Positions 60,799 through 64,000 of a stretch of 64,000 nucleotides of DNA are shown here, piece after piece (the stretch's first letter is position 1; every line of letters begins with the position of its first letter). Origin of the DNA: Mastigocoleus testarum BC008 (GTDB taxonomy: Bacteria; Cyanobacteriota; Cyanobacteriia; Cyanobacteriales; Nostocaceae). Below the pieces are notes generated by a model, which was not told the origin of the DNA, searched no databases, and saw nothing but the letters and a program-made list of their open reading frames with translations. The DNA lies in contig NZ_LMTZ01000096.1 of the NCBI RefSeq assembly GCF_001456025.1, positions 1-64,000 on the forward strand. The letters are read 5' to 3'. The translations under genes and the position numbers were made by a program.

Positions 60799-62304
60799 AC
60801 TGTTCTCAGGAGCGCGTCCAAATAAAACAGTCAGATTTTTCAGGCGATCGCTCAACTCTTCATTTAAAGCCTCAGCATAATAACGCCATTCCCAATTACC
60901 TTCACCCTTAGAAGGAACATTCATGCGTGCTTGAGTAGATAAACTCAAAATATCTTGTAAAGGAATAATCGCTTGATTCGCCACAGAACTTAAAGCTAGG
61001 CGAATTAAATCCCAATGAACCCCATCAGGACTAATGCTTCCTAAATAAAGCCATAGGTTACGTTTTTCCCAATCTGAAGCTGTATTGTACCAACCAATAC
61101 TTGTGTCATTATCGTGAGTTCCCGTGTAAATCACACAATTTTGGGGCACATTGAAAGGTAAATAAGGGTTAGTCGGGTCGGAACCAAAAGCAAACTGTAA
61201 AACTTTCATTCCCGGAAACTCGAATTTATCTCTCAATGCAAGTACTTCTGGGGTAATTGTTCCTAAATCTTCTGCTAGTACTGGTAATTTACCTAACTTT
61301 TGCCGGATAGTTTCAAATAATTCATCTCCTGGTGCTTTCACCCATTCCCCATTAACTGCAGTCTCTTCACCTTGGGGTACCGACCAAAACGCCTCAAATC
61401 CCCGAAAGTGATCGATGCGAATAATATCGACATAGTCAAGCATCGCTTCAAAGCGTTTTACCCACCAATCAAAATCTTGTTCTTGTAAAGCTTCCCAATC
61501 GTAAACGGGGTTACCCCACAATTGTCCGGTTTCGCTAAAGTAATCCGGTGGTACCCCAGCCATTTGTGCGGCTTCTCCTGTCTCTTCATCCAGAGAAAAA
61601 ATATCTCGATTTGCCCAGACATCAGCGCTATCATGTGCGACATAAATGGGAATATCACCGATAATGTTCACACCCCGTTCGTTAGCATAATTTTTCAGTT
61701 CCGACCACTGACGGAAAAATTCATACTGAACAAACTTGTAGTAAAAAATACTTTCAGATAATTCTTCTTGAACTTTTTGAATCGCTTCTGTCTCATGACG
61801 AGCAATCTCTGTTTCCCAAGTATGCCAGCTGGCACCTTCATTACGATCTTTTAGTGCCATGAATAAGGCAAAATCATCTAGCCAAGAAGACTTATCGCTG
61901 CAAAAATCGGCAAATTCTTGGTTTTTTTCTGGCGAAGCATGATGCTTAAAATTATTACAGGCTTTTTGTAATAAAGGGATTTTAGTATCCACAACTAATT
62001 CATAATCTACCCTATCTCCAGGAAATGCAGGTAGATTATCAAAATCTTCTTCTGTTAATAAACCCTCATCCTTTAACTTTTCAGGGCTAATTAAAAGGGG
62101 GTTACCAGCAATGGCAGAGTAGCACATATAAGGCGAATTACCATAACCTGTCGGTCCTAAAGGTAAAATCTGCCAGTATTGTTGATTACTTTGTTGCAGA
62201 AAATCGATGAAGCGATAAGCATCTGCACCTAAGTCGCCAATACCGAAGCGACTGGGGAAACAGGTAGGGTGAAGTAAAATTCCACTGGATCTAGGAAAAG
62301 GCAT
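60796..62304 (-). CDS. malQ: 4-alpha-glucanotransferase
   Basis: MPFPRSSGILLHPTCFPSRFGIGDLG N-terminus, GH77 catalytic regions (IIGDIPIYV, RIDHFRGF, VYTGTHDND). Confidence 0.85.
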   Translation of the reverse strand: MPFPRSSGILLHPTCFPSRFGIGDLGADAYRFIDFLQQSNQQYWQILPLGPTGYGNSPYMCYSAIAGNPLLISPEKLKDEGLLTEEDFDNLPAFPGDRVDYELVVDTKIPLLQKACNNFKHHASPEKNQEFADFCSDKSSWLDDFALFMALKDRNEGASWHTWETEIARHETEAIQKVQEELSESIFYYKFVQYEFFRQWSELKNYANERGVNIIGDIPIYVAHDSADVWANRDIFSLDEETGEAAQMAGVPPDYFSETGQLWGNPVYDWEALQEQDFDWWVKRFEAMLDYVDIIRIDHFRGFEAFWSVPQGEETAVNGEWVKAPGDELFETIRQKLGKLPVLAEDLGTITPEVLALRDKFEFPGMKVLQFAFGSDPTNPYLPFNVPQNCVIYTGTHDNDTSIGWYNTASDWEKRNLWLYLGSISPDGVHWDLIRLALSSVANQAIIPLQDILSLSTQARMNVPSKGEGNWEWRYYAEALNEELSDRLKNLTVLFGRAPENS

Positions 62305-62721
62305 AAATAAATCTAAGCTATAAGACTGTTAGTATAAGAACGACACATCAACCGAATTTATCATAAGAGATATTTATTTGCTTTAAACTGCTAATTCTCA
62401 ACTGTTAAAATTTTTAACTATTAATTTTAAACGTTTAACTAAGCAGTTAATTAAAAAATTAATTTTTGAACCACCGTTTTTAATTATCTATATTCTTGGT
62501 TAGAGCGGTGAAAATTTGCTATGAGTATTACATATTGTAACTACATGTTAGTAAGGATATTATGTTTTGGTCTCAAGAAAAAAAGGGAAAAAAATAGATA
62601 TAGTCAAATTTTTGCTACTGCGATAAATTATGGAACATAGCTTATCCAAGATAGCTGATCAAACATAGCTTATGAGACATAAATTGTGAGATACAGATTA
62701 CTAGGATATAAAACATAAGTT

Positions 62722-63153
62722 ATGAATTATCGTAACCCAATTCCCACTGTCGATATTATTATTGAACTCATCGATCGACCACACCGACCAATAATTTTAA
62801 TTGAAAGACAAAATTCACCATTTGGTTGGGCGATACCGGGTGGTTTTGTTGATTATGGCGAGCAAGTAGAAGTAGCTGCACGTCGAGAAGCTTTAGAAGA
62901 AACTAGTCTAGAAGTGGAGCTAATCGAACAATTTCTGGTATATTCCAACCCAGAACGCGATCGTCGCAAACATACTATAAGTATAGTTTTTATCGCTACT
63001 GCACAAGGTGAAGCAAAAGCTGGTGATGATGCAAAAAACTTAGGCATTTTTGAACCTTGGCAAGTACCAACAAATTTGTGTTTCGATCACGATCGAATTT
63101 TGTACGATTATTGGCTTTACCGAAATAATAGGATAAGACCAAGGTTAGGATAA
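62722..63153 (+). CDS. NUDIX hydrolase
   Basis: Nudix box [26 protein letters not shown] (GX5EX7REUXEEXGU). Confidence 0.7.
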   Translation: MNYRNPIPTVDIIIELIDRPHRPIILIERQNSPFGWAIPGGFVDYGEQVEVAARREALEETSLEVELIEQFLVYSNPERDRRKHTISIVFIATAQGEAKAGDDAKNLGIFEPWQVPTNLCFDHDRILYDYWLYRNNRIRPRLG

Positions 63154-63403
63154 TTAATTTTTTGCTTTTCTTGATTTCTTTGATTTATTGATTTTGATTT
63201 TTTGGGTCTTCTCGAACTTTTTGCTTCAATGAATATGATTCTATGAACTCGATACCTTTCTATAAAATTAGTACTACAACTTCTATAGGATACATCACAA
63301 TCAACTACATAGAGTATTGGTAATCGCAAGAAAAAATATTAATAAATATTGGGTGGGAATGTGAACAAATATTAGGTAAAGTATACTAATACAAAGGAAA
63401 AAA

Positions 63404-63793
63404 ATGGATAAAGAAATTATTCGCACACCTAACGCACCAGCACCTGTTGGACCCTATAATCAAGCGATCGCTGTCGCGGGAAAAATGCTATTTGTTGCTG
63501 GACAAATCCCCCTCAATTCTGCTACAGGAGAAATAGTCGGTCTGGATGATGTATCAACTCAGACACAGCAGGTAATGGAAAATATTAAAGCAATTTTAGA
63601 AGCTTCCGGAGCTAATTTTCATAATGTTGTCAAAACCGGTGTATTTTTGGCAAATATGAATGATTTTGCTGCTGTGAATACTGTTTACGCGAAATATTTT
63701 GACGAAGAAACTGCACCTGCTCGTGCTTGCGTTGAAGTTTCGCGTTTACCAAAAGATGTTTTAGTCGAAATCGAATGTATTGCAGTCATTTGA
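63404..63793 (+). CDS. ridA: RidA family protein (reactive intermediate/imine deaminase)
   Basis: 129-aa YjgF/TdcF fold protein with [21 protein letters not shown] and VEIECIA. Confidence 0.8.
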   Translation: MDKEIIRTPNAPAPVGPYNQAIAVAGKMLFVAGQIPLNSATGEIVGLDDVSTQTQQVMENIKAILEASGANFHNVVKTGVFLANMNDFAAVNTVYAKYFDEETAPARACVEVSRLPKDVLVEIECIAVI

Positions 63794-64000
63794 GAAATTG
63801 ATTACACTCATTCAATCACAGCTAAGATACTATCAAAGAAAGTGTGAAAAACCAAATAGTTGCCATTTTGGCAGCAAATTTGTAGACATAAACTGATATA
63901 AACTAAATTATAGATTTTAATTTAAAACCTTCTAAGCTAAATTCAAAGTTTGATGTATCACTTTGAACTCGTAAGCGAAGAAGGATTTTTGTATTTACTT

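Overview
The composition and gene content indicate a chromosomal segment from a filamentous, heterocyst-forming (Nostocales-like) cyanobacterium. It carries photosynthesis genes (psb28, psaE, apcD, ndhO, ycf66) and frequent GCGATCGC (HIP1) octamers. Heptameric STRR-type tandem repeats sit in intergenic spacers at about 18.45, 18.66, 23.84, 28.11, 42.22 and 60.71 kb. At least five families of short dispersed hairpin or palindromic repeats are present. About 45 protein genes are mostly housekeeping (hisA, hisC, cysS, asnS, mnmE, mraY, mutM, dtd, rlmD, malQ, mtnP, moaB, ridA), with a cell-envelope cluster at 5-9.4 kb. The standout accessory locus lies at 52.0-60.8 kb. It is an 1879-aa protein with a signal peptide, 14 near-identical 31-aa HEAT-type repeats (a 93-bp tandem DNA array), transmembrane segments, a NACHT-type STAND NTPase and a second STAND-like ATPase module. 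It overlaps by 16 nt with an 812-aa STAND-like ATPase fused to a CHAT (caspase-like) protease. The locus is flanked by, and invaded in-frame by, palindromic mini-repeats. Its architecture suggests an NLR-like sensor/protease conflict system. Other points of interest are a protein with three truncated plus one complete SPFH domain beside a TldD/TldE pair, an AAA ATPase with an unassigned N-domain, a low-GC orphan gene, long ORF-free AT-rich blocks (one with an orphan minus-strand terminator), a degenerate tRNA-like element, and PsaE with a C-terminal extension directly abutting mutM. Coordinates of non-CDS elements were counted by hand from the printed sequence and may be off by a few nt.
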